From positions 1 to 64,000 of IMG/VR virus record IMGVR_UViG_3300043105_000117: a stretch of DNA of 64,000 bases, one strand, 5' to 3'. The number at the start of each line of letters is the position of its first letter. Position 1 is the first letter of the stretch. The translations under genes were made by a program, and so were the position numbers. Positions 8,328 through 16,884 of the stretch are shown one piece after another. Source of the stretch: a virus (Duplodnaviria; Caudoviricetes). The notes under the pieces are model-generated. The model was not told the DNA's origin and did no database searches. It saw nothing but the letters and a program-made list of their open reading frames with translations.

Positions 8328-8389
8328 GACGCTAGATAGTTCTAAAATGCAATTGCATCGAGGTGGTGCGACTCCACCATAGTGTCCCA
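8328..8389 (+). ncRNA. tRNA-like minihelix (acceptor stem plus T-like arm, ends CCA)
   Basis: GACGCTA/TAGTGTC 7-bp stem, GGTGG-TGCGACT-CCACC arm, CCA at 8387-8389; no D or anticodon arm. Confidence 0.45.
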
Positions 8390-8397
8390 AGATGATG

Positions 8398-8409
8398 GTT
8401 CTTTGACAT
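8398..8409 (+). promoter_or_regulatory. boxA-like antitermination element
   Basis: GTTCTTTGACAT resembles boxA consensus (TGCTCTTTAACA). Confidence 0.45.
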
Positions 8410-8690
8410 TGTGAAAATATTGAGGGTTATCGGTTCTCCCTAATGGTCAATATCTCGTCGAGAGAGAGGGCAAACCGTTCAGTGAAAAGAATGTGTTGAA
8501 TGGTGCGTCACAGGAACGGGCACATGAATCACTGCATAAAATACTCGTTACGGATTCCGAGTGGTGATAGGTTCACTCCAATAATATATTCTCTTCATAC
8601 TCTACATTCACTTAACTGTGAAGCACCGGAAAAAGTAACGTGAAAGGAGGTGCGGATTGGTTTTCGCATCTCTTCCTAAAAATAGAATAA

Positions 8691-9986
8691 ATGATACAAT
8701 TAAGAGACTATCAAGATGATTTGTCATCAAAGGCATGCTCTTTACTAAAAGAGAAAAACATCGTATATCTCTCGATGCAGGTAAGAACCGGAAAGACTCT
8801 TACCGCGCTTGTAGCAGCCGAGAAATATGGAGCAAGGAAAATTCTCTTTGTTAGTAAGCTGAAAGCATTGCCGAGTGTCAGGCAAGATTATGAACTACTC
8901 GGTCCATCCTTTAAAATGGATGTTATCAGTCATGACAGCGTAGGCAAAAGCAGTTCTGATTATGATTTGTATATCATAGACGAAGCTCATTGTTTTGGTA
9001 CATATCCCGTACCGTCAAAGCGGACAAGGGCAGCGAAGAAAATAATAGGCAAGAAACCGGTAATATTCCTGTCGGGTACACCTACCCCGGAAAGTTACTC
9101 ACAGATATTTCATCAATTTTGGCTGTCGGATTATTCTCCGTTTAAGGCCGACTGCGGTGATGGTGTTAGAGCATTCTATAAGTTTGCCAAGATATACTGT
9201 GATGTGACGAAAAAGAAAATAGGGGGCTTTGACGTAAATGACTACTCCAAAGCGAGACGAGAAGATGTAATGAGAATCGTCGGTCCATACATGCTCACAT
9301 ACACACAAGAGCAAGCGGGCTTCAAGGTCGAGATAAATGAACATGTACTCAACTGCGAGAGTGGGCTGGAACTAGAACATATATTTAAGACCTTAAAGAA
9401 GGACAGGTGCTATTATGATTCCATAACGGGAATGAAAATACTTGCAGATTCCCCGGCCAATCTTATAGGAAAGCTTAATCAGTTAAGCGGTGGAACGGTC
9501 ATTGACTACGAGGGTAATCATCGAATATTGGACGATTTCAAGGTGCGGTCGATTGACTCACACTTCCATAATAAACGAATCGCAATCTTCTATGTATATC
9601 AGTGCGAGAAGAATCTACTTCTTGATTATTACAAGGAGAAAGCGACTACCGTTCCGGAAGAGTTTCAAAGGGGGCTGTATAGCGTATTTATCGGCCAAAT
9701 TCGCTCGGTAAGGGAGGGGGTTAGGCTGGATACCGCAGATTCCATTATTTTCTATTCTATGGAGTTTAGCTACTTGTCATATGAGCAAGGCCGAAACCGA
9801 CTGATGAGCAAGGAGAGAGAAACCCCGGCAGACGTCTGGTTTGCGGAATCTCAACTTGGCATAGAAAATAAGATACTTAAAGCCGTACATAGTAAGAAAG
9901 ACTTTACTCTTTCCTATTACATAAAATCCGAAAAGAATGAGCAAGTTGGAGAAGGAAGTCCAATCGGAGATAGTGAAGCGATATAA
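8691..9986 (+). CDS. SF2 (SNF2-like) helicase
   Basis: QVRTGKT (Walker A), IIDEAH, LSGTP, EGVRL, EQGRNR. Confidence 0.88.
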   Translation: MIQLRDYQDDLSSKACSLLKEKNIVYLSMQVRTGKTLTALVAAEKYGARKILFVSKLKALPSVRQDYELLGPSFKMDVISHDSVGKSSSDYDLYIIDEAHCFGTYPVPSKRTRAAKKIIGKKPVIFLSGTPTPESYSQIFHQFWLSDYSPFKADCGDGVRAFYKFAKIYCDVTKKKIGGFDVNDYSKARREDVMRIVGPYMLTYTQEQAGFKVEINEHVLNCESGLELEHIFKTLKKDRCYYDSITGMKILADSPANLIGKLNQLSGGTVIDYEGNHRILDDFKVRSIDSHFHNKRIAIFYVYQCEKNLLLDYYKEKATTVPEEFQRGLYSVFIGQIRSVREGVRLDTADSIIFYSMEFSYLSYEQGRNRLMSKERETPADVWFAESQLGIENKILKAVHSKKDFTLSYYIKSEKNEQVGEGSPIGDSEAI

Positions 9987-10179
9987 GGCCGATGGATATT
10001 TGGTAATAAAGATATCGCTTTGCAATATGGCCGGATTCCCCGACCTTATGGCATTAAAGAACGGACAAGCAACATTTATTGAGGTTAAGCGCAAGGGAGA
10101 AAAACCACGCGCACTGCAAAGATTTGTTCATGAGATTCTGAGAGAAAAGGGTTTTGAAGTATTGATACTTGACGAATGA
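9937..10179 (+). CDS. VRR-NUC domain nuclease
   Basis: GFPDLMAL...FIEVKRKGEKPRALQ. Confidence 0.9.
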   Translation: MSKLEKEVQSEIVKRYKADGYLVIKISLCNMAGFPDLMALKNGQATFIEVKRKGEKPRALQRFVHEILREKGFEVLILDE

Positions 10180-11150
10180 GAAGAAAACTAATATCCCCGC
10201 TTGAAGCATTGCTCGACCCTAAAGAGGAAAAGATGAGAGCAAAGCAAAGATATATAATCAGAAAGTTCTGTTCTATGGAATATTTCTATAATGATGCGGT
10301 GCTTCTGCCAAGATATTACTCCTTACTTATCAATGAGAACATGGTTACATGGTCGGCTGCAAGACGGAGAGAGTATATGAAATCTCCGTTTTACAGAGAA
10401 TATCCGATACATGACTATGATGTCCGTAGTGTAGAGATTGCTGCAATTACGGCCATGTGGCTCAATCAGAAAAACAGAAGAAAGGCATTTGCAAGCTGTG
10501 TAAAGGCTCTCAATATATTCGGTCAGTCTCCATTTCCCTATGTGAACGAAAAACGATGTTATGAGTTTACATACAGGGAATGTGAGATGTTCTCGGAGAA
10601 GTACACCAATCAGGATTTCATCAACCTTATGGAGCGATTAAGGGCTGTATATTTCAAGTTCAGTACTCTTGAAGATTGCGTTTTGCATTTCGTGAAGAAA
10701 TACGATATAGAGCCATTGAATGCGCTGCTGAGGATATTTGAGGGTGTGTCTGGATTCAAACAGTGCAATGACTACGTTTACAGGGCAAGTATGTTCTTTA
10801 GGTGGATGTGCCTGCGTTACAAGGTAGACATTGGTATATGGCAGAAGATTCCCAAAGATAGTGTGCAGATAGGAATGAGAGATACGGAACTAGAACTGAT
10901 ATCCAAAAGGAGCGAGTTCTATGGCAAGGTAAGGCAGGGACGCAAAGATTCGCCGTCAATACTTACTGCTGTGGCAAAAAAAACGTTTCCGAACTGTCCT
11001 CTTATCTGCTCGTACATCATCCAGTATTGGATAGTAAAAGCGAAAATGAAGCTCTCATTTGAGGATGACGGTGTTGTAGATAAAAGCCCGACGCATACAG
11101 AAAGGCTGTTTACAATGGGGAACAATATACAACGCTCGATAGAAGAATAA
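10176..11150 (+). CDS. Divergent TIGR02757/DUF2400-like protein
   Basis: VEIAA, DF...L..VY...LED, RASMFFRWM...VDIGIW pattern. Confidence 0.6.
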   Translation: MRRKLISPLEALLDPKEEKMRAKQRYIIRKFCSMEYFYNDAVLLPRYYSLLINENMVTWSAARRREYMKSPFYREYPIHDYDVRSVEIAAITAMWLNQKNRRKAFASCVKALNIFGQSPFPYVNEKRCYEFTYRECEMFSEKYTNQDFINLMERLRAVYFKFSTLEDCVLHFVKKYDIEPLNALLRIFEGVSGFKQCNDYVYRASMFFRWMCLRYKVDIGIWQKIPKDSVQIGMRDTELELISKRSEFYGKVRQGRKDSPSILTAVAKKTFPNCPLICSYIIQYWIVKAKMKLSFEDDGVVDKSPTHTERLFTMGNNIQRSIEE

Positions 11151-11182
11151 AGCGACAATTAATTTTTTAAACAAATAATATC

Positions 11183-11359
11183 ATGAAGTATCAAATTTTT
11201 TCATTTCAGATTATCTTTGCCAATGGTGCAAAGAAAGCAGAGAATTTGTCAGAGCCGGTAGTAACAAACAACATCGAGAACTTTCGCGGAATGCTTAAAG
11301 ACCAACATCCCGATGCTGTCAGAGTAAACTTAACCTATGATGAGAACATCAGCATGTAA
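11183..11359 (+). CDS. Hypothetical protein (58 aa)
   Basis: Read by eye; A-rich initiation region. Confidence 0.55.
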   Translation: MKYQIFSFQIIFANGAKKAENLSEPVVTNNIENFRGMLKDQHPDAVRVNLTYDENISM

Positions 11360-11591
11360 AACAGCAAGGCTAACTCAGGAGTTAGAGGACTTACAGAAAG
11401 AATATGACTGGGTGGAGAACTACCCGTCAGATTACATCGAGGAATACGGCAGAGACAAAGACTCGGTATTGGAAGATATTCTTTCTGACATTGAGAACGT
11501 AAGAGAAGAACTTGACCCTTTACTCGAAAAGGAAATAGAGGATGAAAGAACTGCTTTTACGGTAGGATTCGGAATATCAAGATTTTCATAA
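11337..11591 (+). CDS. Small acidic protein
   Basis: ORF 84 aa, D/E-rich. Confidence 0.7.
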   Translation: MMRTSACKTARLTQELEDLQKEYDWVENYPSDYIEEYGRDKDSVLEDILSDIENVREELDPLLEKEIEDERTAFTVGFGISRFS

Positions 11592-11602
11592 AATATAAAG
11601 AT

Positions 11603-11773
11603 ATGGAAGAGGAAAAAATCAAAAAACTTAACGATGAGTTGCAGGAATGTAAGTCACGTTTGAATGCAGAGGTTCAGAACTCGGAGTTCTGGAAGAAAAC
11701 ATACCTGGATTATAAACAGAGAGTCGAGAAATGCCTCTCGGCAATACGAAACGTCAGTGAACTTCTACAATAG
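11603..11773 (+). CDS. Hypothetical coiled-coil protein (56 aa)
   Basis: Read by eye, MEEEKIKKLN... Confidence 0.55.
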   Translation: MEEEKIKKLNDELQECKSRLNAEVQNSEFWKKTYLDYKQRVEKCLSAIRNVSELLQ

Positions 11774-11779
11774 CAAGGT

Positions 11780-12412
11780 ATGGTAAAGGAATTAGTAATG
11801 ATACAGACGGAACTCGTAGCAACCAAGAACCAATTCAACAAGTTTAATGGTTTTTACTATCGAAGCTGCGAGGATATATTGGAGAATCTGAAACCTCTGC
11901 TAAAAAAGGCTGAGTGCGAACTGATTCTATCCGATACGATTGAACTTATCGGAAACAGATATTATATAAAGGCTACTGCTACGATAATCAACAAAGACGG
12001 AGAGTCTGCCAGTGCGACCGGATATGCAAGAGAGGATGAGCAAAAAAAAGGAATGGATTCAAGCCAGCTAACCGGTGCTACCAGCTCATACGCAAGGAAG
12101 TATGCATTGAACGGACTGTTCTGTATTGATGACAACAAGGACGTCGATGTGGATAACGGCAATCAGCCAAGCGGGAAATCTAAAAAGTCGCAGGCTGTGA
12201 TTCCACCATTCCCACCGCAGCAACTTGTACAACAGCAAGTCGGTGATATACTGGAGGTGGCAACTGCCCGGATAATGGGTGCGCAGTCCATTCCAGACTT
12301 GACAGAGATATATAAAACGTTCTTTAATCAACTGACAGATGAACAGAAAAAGAGATTTACCGGGCTCTGTACATCCCGAAGAAAGCAGATAGAGGCAAAT
12401 GAAACTAAATAA
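11780..12412 (+). CDS. erf: ERF-family single-strand annealing protein
   Basis: KNQFNKF...YRSCEDIL; GATSSYARKYALNGLFCIDD. Confidence 0.9.
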   Translation: MVKELVMIQTELVATKNQFNKFNGFYYRSCEDILENLKPLLKKAECELILSDTIELIGNRYYIKATATIINKDGESASATGYAREDEQKKGMDSSQLTGATSSYARKYALNGLFCIDDNKDVDVDNGNQPSGKSKKSQAVIPPFPPQQLVQQQVGDILEVATARIMGAQSIPDLTEIYKTFFNQLTDEQKKRFTGLCTSRRKQIEANETK

Positions 12413-13331
12413 ATCATCTGTCATATTCAATCAGGAGAATCACACATATACGCTGGGCGGTAAGACGCTCAGCGGTGTGACCTCGATGATGTCGGCAATG
12501 CTTTTCCCTGGGAAATATGACAACGTGCCGGAATACATCGTGGAGAGAGCGAGAGATAAAGGCTCATATATTCACGAGTGTTGTGAACTTGTGGATGCAC
12601 TTGGGGTCGAGCCGGACGTAGAAGAAGCGATAGCATATCGGGACTTAATGACGCGATTGAATGAGCAACTAGGTACAAAGGTCGAGGAAAGTGAATACCT
12701 TGTGTCAGATAATAGAGCAGTTGCAAGTTCTATCGACAAGGTTCTCTCCGAGGGTGAAGACATATACCTTGCTGATATCAAGACCACGTACAAGCTTGAT
12801 ATGGATTGGTTAAGGTGGCAGCTATCAATATACGCATACCTCTTTGAGTTGCAGAACCCAGATAAGCATGTCAGTAAGCTGTTTGCTATATGGCTTAGAG
12901 GCAGCATGGCTAAGTTCGTTGAGATAGAACGCATCGAGGTGGCCACCGTTATTGACTTGATAGAACATTTCAGCGACGGAGAAGTCTACGAGAGCCCTGT
13001 CAAGTCGCTGGTGCGTGTAGCCAACGAGCTGCCCTCTGAATATGCAGAAATGGAGAACACCATTCGCGAAATTAGTGAGCAAGCGGACTTCTGGACAGCT
13101 AAGAAAAAGGAACTGACAGAGGGTATCATGAGAGAGATGGTTGCAGCCGGAGAGTACGCTTGGAAGGGCGAGGCCATTCAGTTCATCCGCAGAACAGACA
13201 CCATAAGAAAGAGTTTTGATGCGAAGCGGTTTCAAGCCGACTATCCTGAATTGTATGAGAAATACGTTACGGAGAGTCCGGTTGTCGGAAGCGTTTCATT
13301 AAAGATTAACAAGAAAAAAGAAGAAGAATAA
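12399..13331 (+). CDS. PD-(D/E)XK exonuclease (Cas4/YqaJ-like)
   Basis: SSIDKV...LADIKTT...WQLSIY; next to ERF. Confidence 0.8.
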   Translation: MKLNKSSVIFNQENHTYTLGGKTLSGVTSMMSAMLFPGKYDNVPEYIVERARDKGSYIHECCELVDALGVEPDVEEAIAYRDLMTRLNEQLGTKVEESEYLVSDNRAVASSIDKVLSEGEDIYLADIKTTYKLDMDWLRWQLSIYAYLFELQNPDKHVSKLFAIWLRGSMAKFVEIERIEVATVIDLIEHFSDGEVYESPVKSLVRVANELPSEYAEMENTIREISEQADFWTAKKKELTEGIMREMVAAGEYAWKGEAIQFIRRTDTIRKSFDAKRFQADYPELYEKYVTESPVVGSVSLKINKKKEEE

Positions 13332-13332
13332 A

Positions 13333-13803
13333 ATGGCATTGGAAGTACAAGGAGTGATAGTGAGCATCGAGCCGGCTATCACCATTCAGACAAATAGCGG
13401 TAAGACAATTACCAAGAGAGAGCTAATTCTTGATATTACAAAATACAATCCTACAACAGGAGAACGTTCCCCATATGAGAGCACACCACTCTTTGAGTTT
13501 ACCGGAGATGACTGTGCGCAGTTGGACTTGTACGCAAGGGGCCAGGCGGTAAGAATCACATTTGACCTTCGCGGAGTATCATATGTAGATAAGACAACTG
13601 GACGAAAGAGAATCTTTAATTCTATCCGTCCTTACAGAATTGAGGCACTCAATTACGCACAGCCAACGGCAACACCGCAGCAAGCGGTGAATTACCAACA
13701 GCCGGCACAGCCACCATATCAGCAACCACAAGCGCAGCCACAACCGTATTATCAACAGCCGCAGCAGCCTGCGCAACCGGGCGGCAGTGGACTGCCATTC
13801 TAA
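13333..13803 (+). CDS. DUF3127-family SSB-like protein
   Basis: OB-fold-like N-terminus, Q/P-rich linker, C-terminal LPF. Confidence 0.8.
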   Translation: MALEVQGVIVSIEPAITIQTNSGKTITKRELILDITKYNPTTGERSPYESTPLFEFTGDDCAQLDLYARGQAVRITFDLRGVSYVDKTTGRKRIFNSIRPYRIEALNYAQPTATPQQAVNYQQPAQPPYQQPQAQPQPYYQQPQQPAQPGGSGLPF

Positions 13804-13810
13804 TTGAGAT

Positions 13811-14263
13811 ATGACTTACGATTTATCAAATCCTTTACAGAAGGAGAACTTCTTGCTACGCGCAAAGAAACTCTCCGAGAAGAATGTGGTAGTGGAGTTG
13901 ACCGAGAAAAAAGGAGTCCGTTCTTTGTCGCAGAATAGTTACATGCACACTTGTATCTCCTATTTTGCGGCATTGACCGGCAACACTGTTGACTACGTGA
14001 AGAAGGAATACTTCAAAATACTTTGTTCCCCGGATATCTTCATCCGAGAAAAGGATGATAAATACCGCGGTCACATCAAGGTGCTTAGAAGTACGGCAGA
14101 ACTTGACGTATCGGAAGCAACTTTGGCAATAGAGAGATTTAGAAACTGGGCCTCATCTGAGGTCGGCATCTATATTGCTTCGCCTGATGAACATCGCATG
14201 ATACAATTGATGGAGATTGAGGTAGAACGCAACAGGGATTTCATACAACAGTGGAAAGACTGA
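13811..14263 (+). CDS. NinB-like recombination protein
   Basis: RSLSQNSYMH...STAELD pattern in recombination module. Confidence 0.6.
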   Translation: MTYDLSNPLQKENFLLRAKKLSEKNVVVELTEKKGVRSLSQNSYMHTCISYFAALTGNTVDYVKKEYFKILCSPDIFIREKDDKYRGHIKVLRSTAELDVSEATLAIERFRNWASSEVGIYIASPDEHRMIQLMEIEVERNRDFIQQWKD

Positions 14264-14267
14264 TAAT

Positions 14268-14429
14268 ATGGTAAACTTTTTAATTTCATTTATGTTCACG
14301 TTAATATTAACGCTACCTTTGGTTTTCATACTGGAAATATACGAGGTCAAGGGTAAACACGCGCTGGTATTGCTAGTGACATATAGTCTTGCGTTTAGTA
14401 TATTGATTAATTTGGTGCTTGCAAGATAA
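14268..14429 (+). CDS. Small two-TM membrane protein (53 aa), paralog of 27642-27797
   Basis: Read by eye; gap-free alignment to second copy. Confidence 0.6.
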   Translation: MVNFLISFMFTLILTLPLVFILEIYEVKGKHALVLLVTYSLAFSILINLVLAR

Positions 14430-14463
14430 TATCTGATTCATATAAAACAATAAGGGAGTTATT

Positions 14464-14736
14464 ATGGAAGAACAAAAAAAATACGAAGTAGCTTATGTGG
14501 TTGAACACCCGGATAAGTCGGCTTACAACAATGAAGTAGGTGGAGACCACTACAAGAAGATGAAAATTCAACCATTCCAGTATGCTATGGCCAACAACTT
14601 CAATGCAGGTCAGACATTGGCACTCCGCTACATCAGCCGATATAAGTTCAAGAACGGTAAGGAAGATTTGCAGAAAGCGATTCACTGTATTCAGCTTCTT
14701 ATTGAGGAAGAGTATGGAAAGGTGGATATGAAATGA
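14464..14736 (+). CDS. DUF3310-family protein
   Basis: VGGDHYK...IQP...KYISRY..KNGKEDLQKA pattern. Confidence 0.8.
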   Translation: MEEQKKYEVAYVVEHPDKSAYNNEVGGDHYKKMKIQPFQYAMANNFNAGQTLALRYISRYKFKNGKEDLQKAIHCIQLLIEEEYGKVDMK

Positions 14737-15071
14737 GCAGTTCAATAAAGGATACCATTAAGTTCGTGCATAACGGTGAAATTCCACACACAGGATATGA
14801 CCCGTTAGATACGTTATATCCTTGTGGTAGCAGTGGGCTTAGTCCGAGTGCGAGTGAGTTCTTGTGGAGATTGGTTAGGCCATGTATTCTGGATGACCTT
14901 CGCTCCATGCTCGGAATACATAGACGTATAAACGTCCGTAGATATACAGAACTACTAGGCAAAGCTCATTCCATTAGAAAAAAAGTGAAGTATGCCAAGA
15001 TATTGGGTTACAAAATAGATAGGAGGTCAGAATGGAACAATGGTGGAGGGCATCTACACAAATTAGCATAA
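14733..15071 (+). CDS. Hypothetical protein
   Basis: ORF, ATGA overlap. Confidence 0.6.
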   Translation: MSSSIKDTIKFVHNGEIPHTGYDPLDTLYPCGSSGLSPSASEFLWRLVRPCILDDLRSMLGIHRRINVRRYTELLGKAHSIRKKVKYAKILGYKIDRRSEWNNGGGHLHKLA

Positions 15072-15427
15072 GAACAAAGAATTATAATCGTCTGAAAGAG
15101 TTGGACGAGCAGATTAAACGACTCATAAAGGAGAGAGACGAATTGGCCAAGGAATCAAGTGAAGAGTTTCCCATTAAATCCGGTTCTCGCGTTATCGTTT
15201 ATATGAAAAACGCGAATCCTCGTGCCGCGTATCTTGGAAATTACCTGTATTGCGATATAAGTCATAGCTTCTCGCCTGAGTTTTTCGAGACGAAAGCAGA
15301 CGGTTCTTGTGGTTATCAGCGAATCAAGAATTATAATGATGCTTACGACTTTGAGGATGCGAACGATATTCCGGACTTGAAGAAATTCCTTCTGAAAATA
15401 AACAAGAAAAAGTCAAATTCTAAATAA
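15032..15427 (+). CDS. Hypothetical protein
   Basis: ORF 131 aa. Confidence 0.65.
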   Translation: MEQWWRASTQISIRTKNYNRLKELDEQIKRLIKERDELAKESSEEFPIKSGSRVIVYMKNANPRAAYLGNYLYCDISHSFSPEFFETKADGSCGYQRIKNYNDAYDFEDANDIPDLKKFLLKINKKKSNSK

Positions 15428-15433
15428 AACAAT

Positions 15434-15883
15434 ATGGTAAACTTAAAACAATGGTTTGAAGTTGGCATCCGTTATGAGAAACTCATGGATAACGGAATGC
15501 AGAAAAAGGTAACTGAGAATTACCTTATAGACAGTCTCTCTTTTACGGAGAGTGAAAGTCGTGCAATCGAAGAACTGACCAAATATATCAGCGGTGAGTT
15601 TGAGGTTAAGACAATGAAAAAATCCAATATCTCGGAGATTTTCACATCCGGTGAAGAAAAGGATGATATGTATTTCAGAGCAAAAATCGGTTTCATTACA
15701 CTCGATGAGAAGTCCGGAGCAGAGAAGCGTGCAGTCACCAATGTATTGGTCCAAGCAGATAAGTTGGAGACAGCAGTTGAATATCTGAATGAGAAATGGC
15801 TAAAAAATAGTATGTCAGACGGTGTAATCATCTCGGTTGCAGAATCCAATATCGTTGATATTTATCAATACGAGGTAAAATAG
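15434..15883 (+). CDS. DUF4494-family protein
   Basis: WFEVGIRYEK...GMQKKVTENYLIDSLSFTE. Confidence 0.8.
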   Translation: MVNLKQWFEVGIRYEKLMDNGMQKKVTENYLIDSLSFTESESRAIEELTKYISGEFEVKTMKKSNISEIFTSGEEKDDMYFRAKIGFITLDEKSGAEKRAVTNVLVQADKLETAVEYLNEKWLKNSMSDGVIISVAESNIVDIYQYEVK

Positions 15884-16284
15884 AACCAAACAACGTCGTG
15901 CGCGGTTACAGGTCTATCCGGGGTTATGCCAAAGGCACCGTGTCGATACCATAGTCGTGAAAAATTTGTCAGCATATAATATGTGTTAGTGCTAATGGTC
16001 CGCGAGGATAATTAGACGGGGTGGAACGGTGATACGGTCCACCTCTACAAAAAATTGTTATATACAATTTAATTTTGTCGTAACTAGATGTATATTTGTT
16101 CGTGAGAATAGATATTCAGGGGAGCGGGAGTGATATCCTTCTCCCTGACAATCTGAATTGGGTAAGGAAGAGTAGCCCGCGAGGGTGAAACTTCCGAAGG
16201 GTTATTCCTACAAACTCATGGTATTAGATTAAAATTAGGTTAATTGGGAAGTTGCAGTGCGTGAGTATAGCAACTTTCAAATAT

Positions 16285-16377
16285 GGGAGTAACGGTTGGG
16301 CAAGAAATGTTCTTTTCCATTTCAATACTTTTTTATGTCTAGTCTTGCTCCGGAGGTTCGAGTCCTCTGCTCCCACA
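16285..16377 (+). ncRNA. tRNA-like element lacking D arm
   Basis: GGGAGTA/TGCTCCC acceptor, GGAGG-TTCGAGT-CCTCT T arm, GGGCAAGA/TCTTGCTC inner stem, ends ACA. Confidence 0.5.
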
Positions 16378-16501
16378 AGTACATTTATCATGTGTTTAGT
16401 TTAACGCAACAGTGCCAAGCGTGGTACGGATATTTTTATTTGTATTTAAGTTAATTGTTAGTGAACCGTCCGGTACGTGAGTATAGGACGTTTTTTTATC
16501 C

Positions 16502-16560
16502 GGGGAGAACGGTTGTTTTTTTATAGGTTTTTTGGGTGGTTCGATTCCACACTCCCCACA
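16502..16560 (+). ncRNA. tRNA-like minihelix
   Basis: GGGGAG/CTCCCC acceptor, GTGG-TTCGATT-CCAC T arm, ends ACA. Confidence 0.45.
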
Positions 16561-16575
16561 AACTAAAACAAAGAT

Positions 16576-16884
16576 ATGATGAAAAAGAAAGTCTATGTAT
16601 CGCTCCCGATAACGGGACATCCTATTAATGAGGTAATGAACGAAGCGTTGCGCATCAAGGAGTCACTGAGCGTAGATTACGATGTTATAACACCATTTGA
16701 CATCAACAAGGATTTAAATAAGCCATATTCGTACTATATTGGCGAAGATATGAAAGTACTGTTGGAGTGTGATTTGGTTTTCTTCGCACATGGATGGGCT
16801 AAATCACGAGGGTGTAGGCTTGAAAGCTATGCAGCGGTGATATACAAGAAAGAAATTATTTTTGAAGAATATACAAAATTATGA
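16576..16884 (+). CDS. DUF4406-family protein (nucleoside deoxyribosyltransferase-like fold)
   Basis: KVYVSLPITG...LLECDLVFF..GW.KSRGCRLE. Confidence 0.8.
   Translation: MMKKKVYVSLPITGHPINEVMNEALRIKESLSVDYDVITPFDINKDLNKPYSYYIGEDMKVLLECDLVFFAHGWAKSRGCRLESYAAVIYKKEIIFEEYTKL

Noticed and set aside
13660-13800. CAG/CCG-rich repeats as a separate repeat element
   Set aside because: They encode the ordinary Q/P-rich linker of the SSB-like protein.
16140-16200. Hammerhead ribozyme
   Set aside because: GAAAC is present but the CTGANGA core is absent; better explained as a loop-E motif.
16285-16377. Canonical tRNA or tmRNA
   Set aside because: No D arm or 7-nt anticodon loop; no G3-U70 pair and no room for a tag reading frame.
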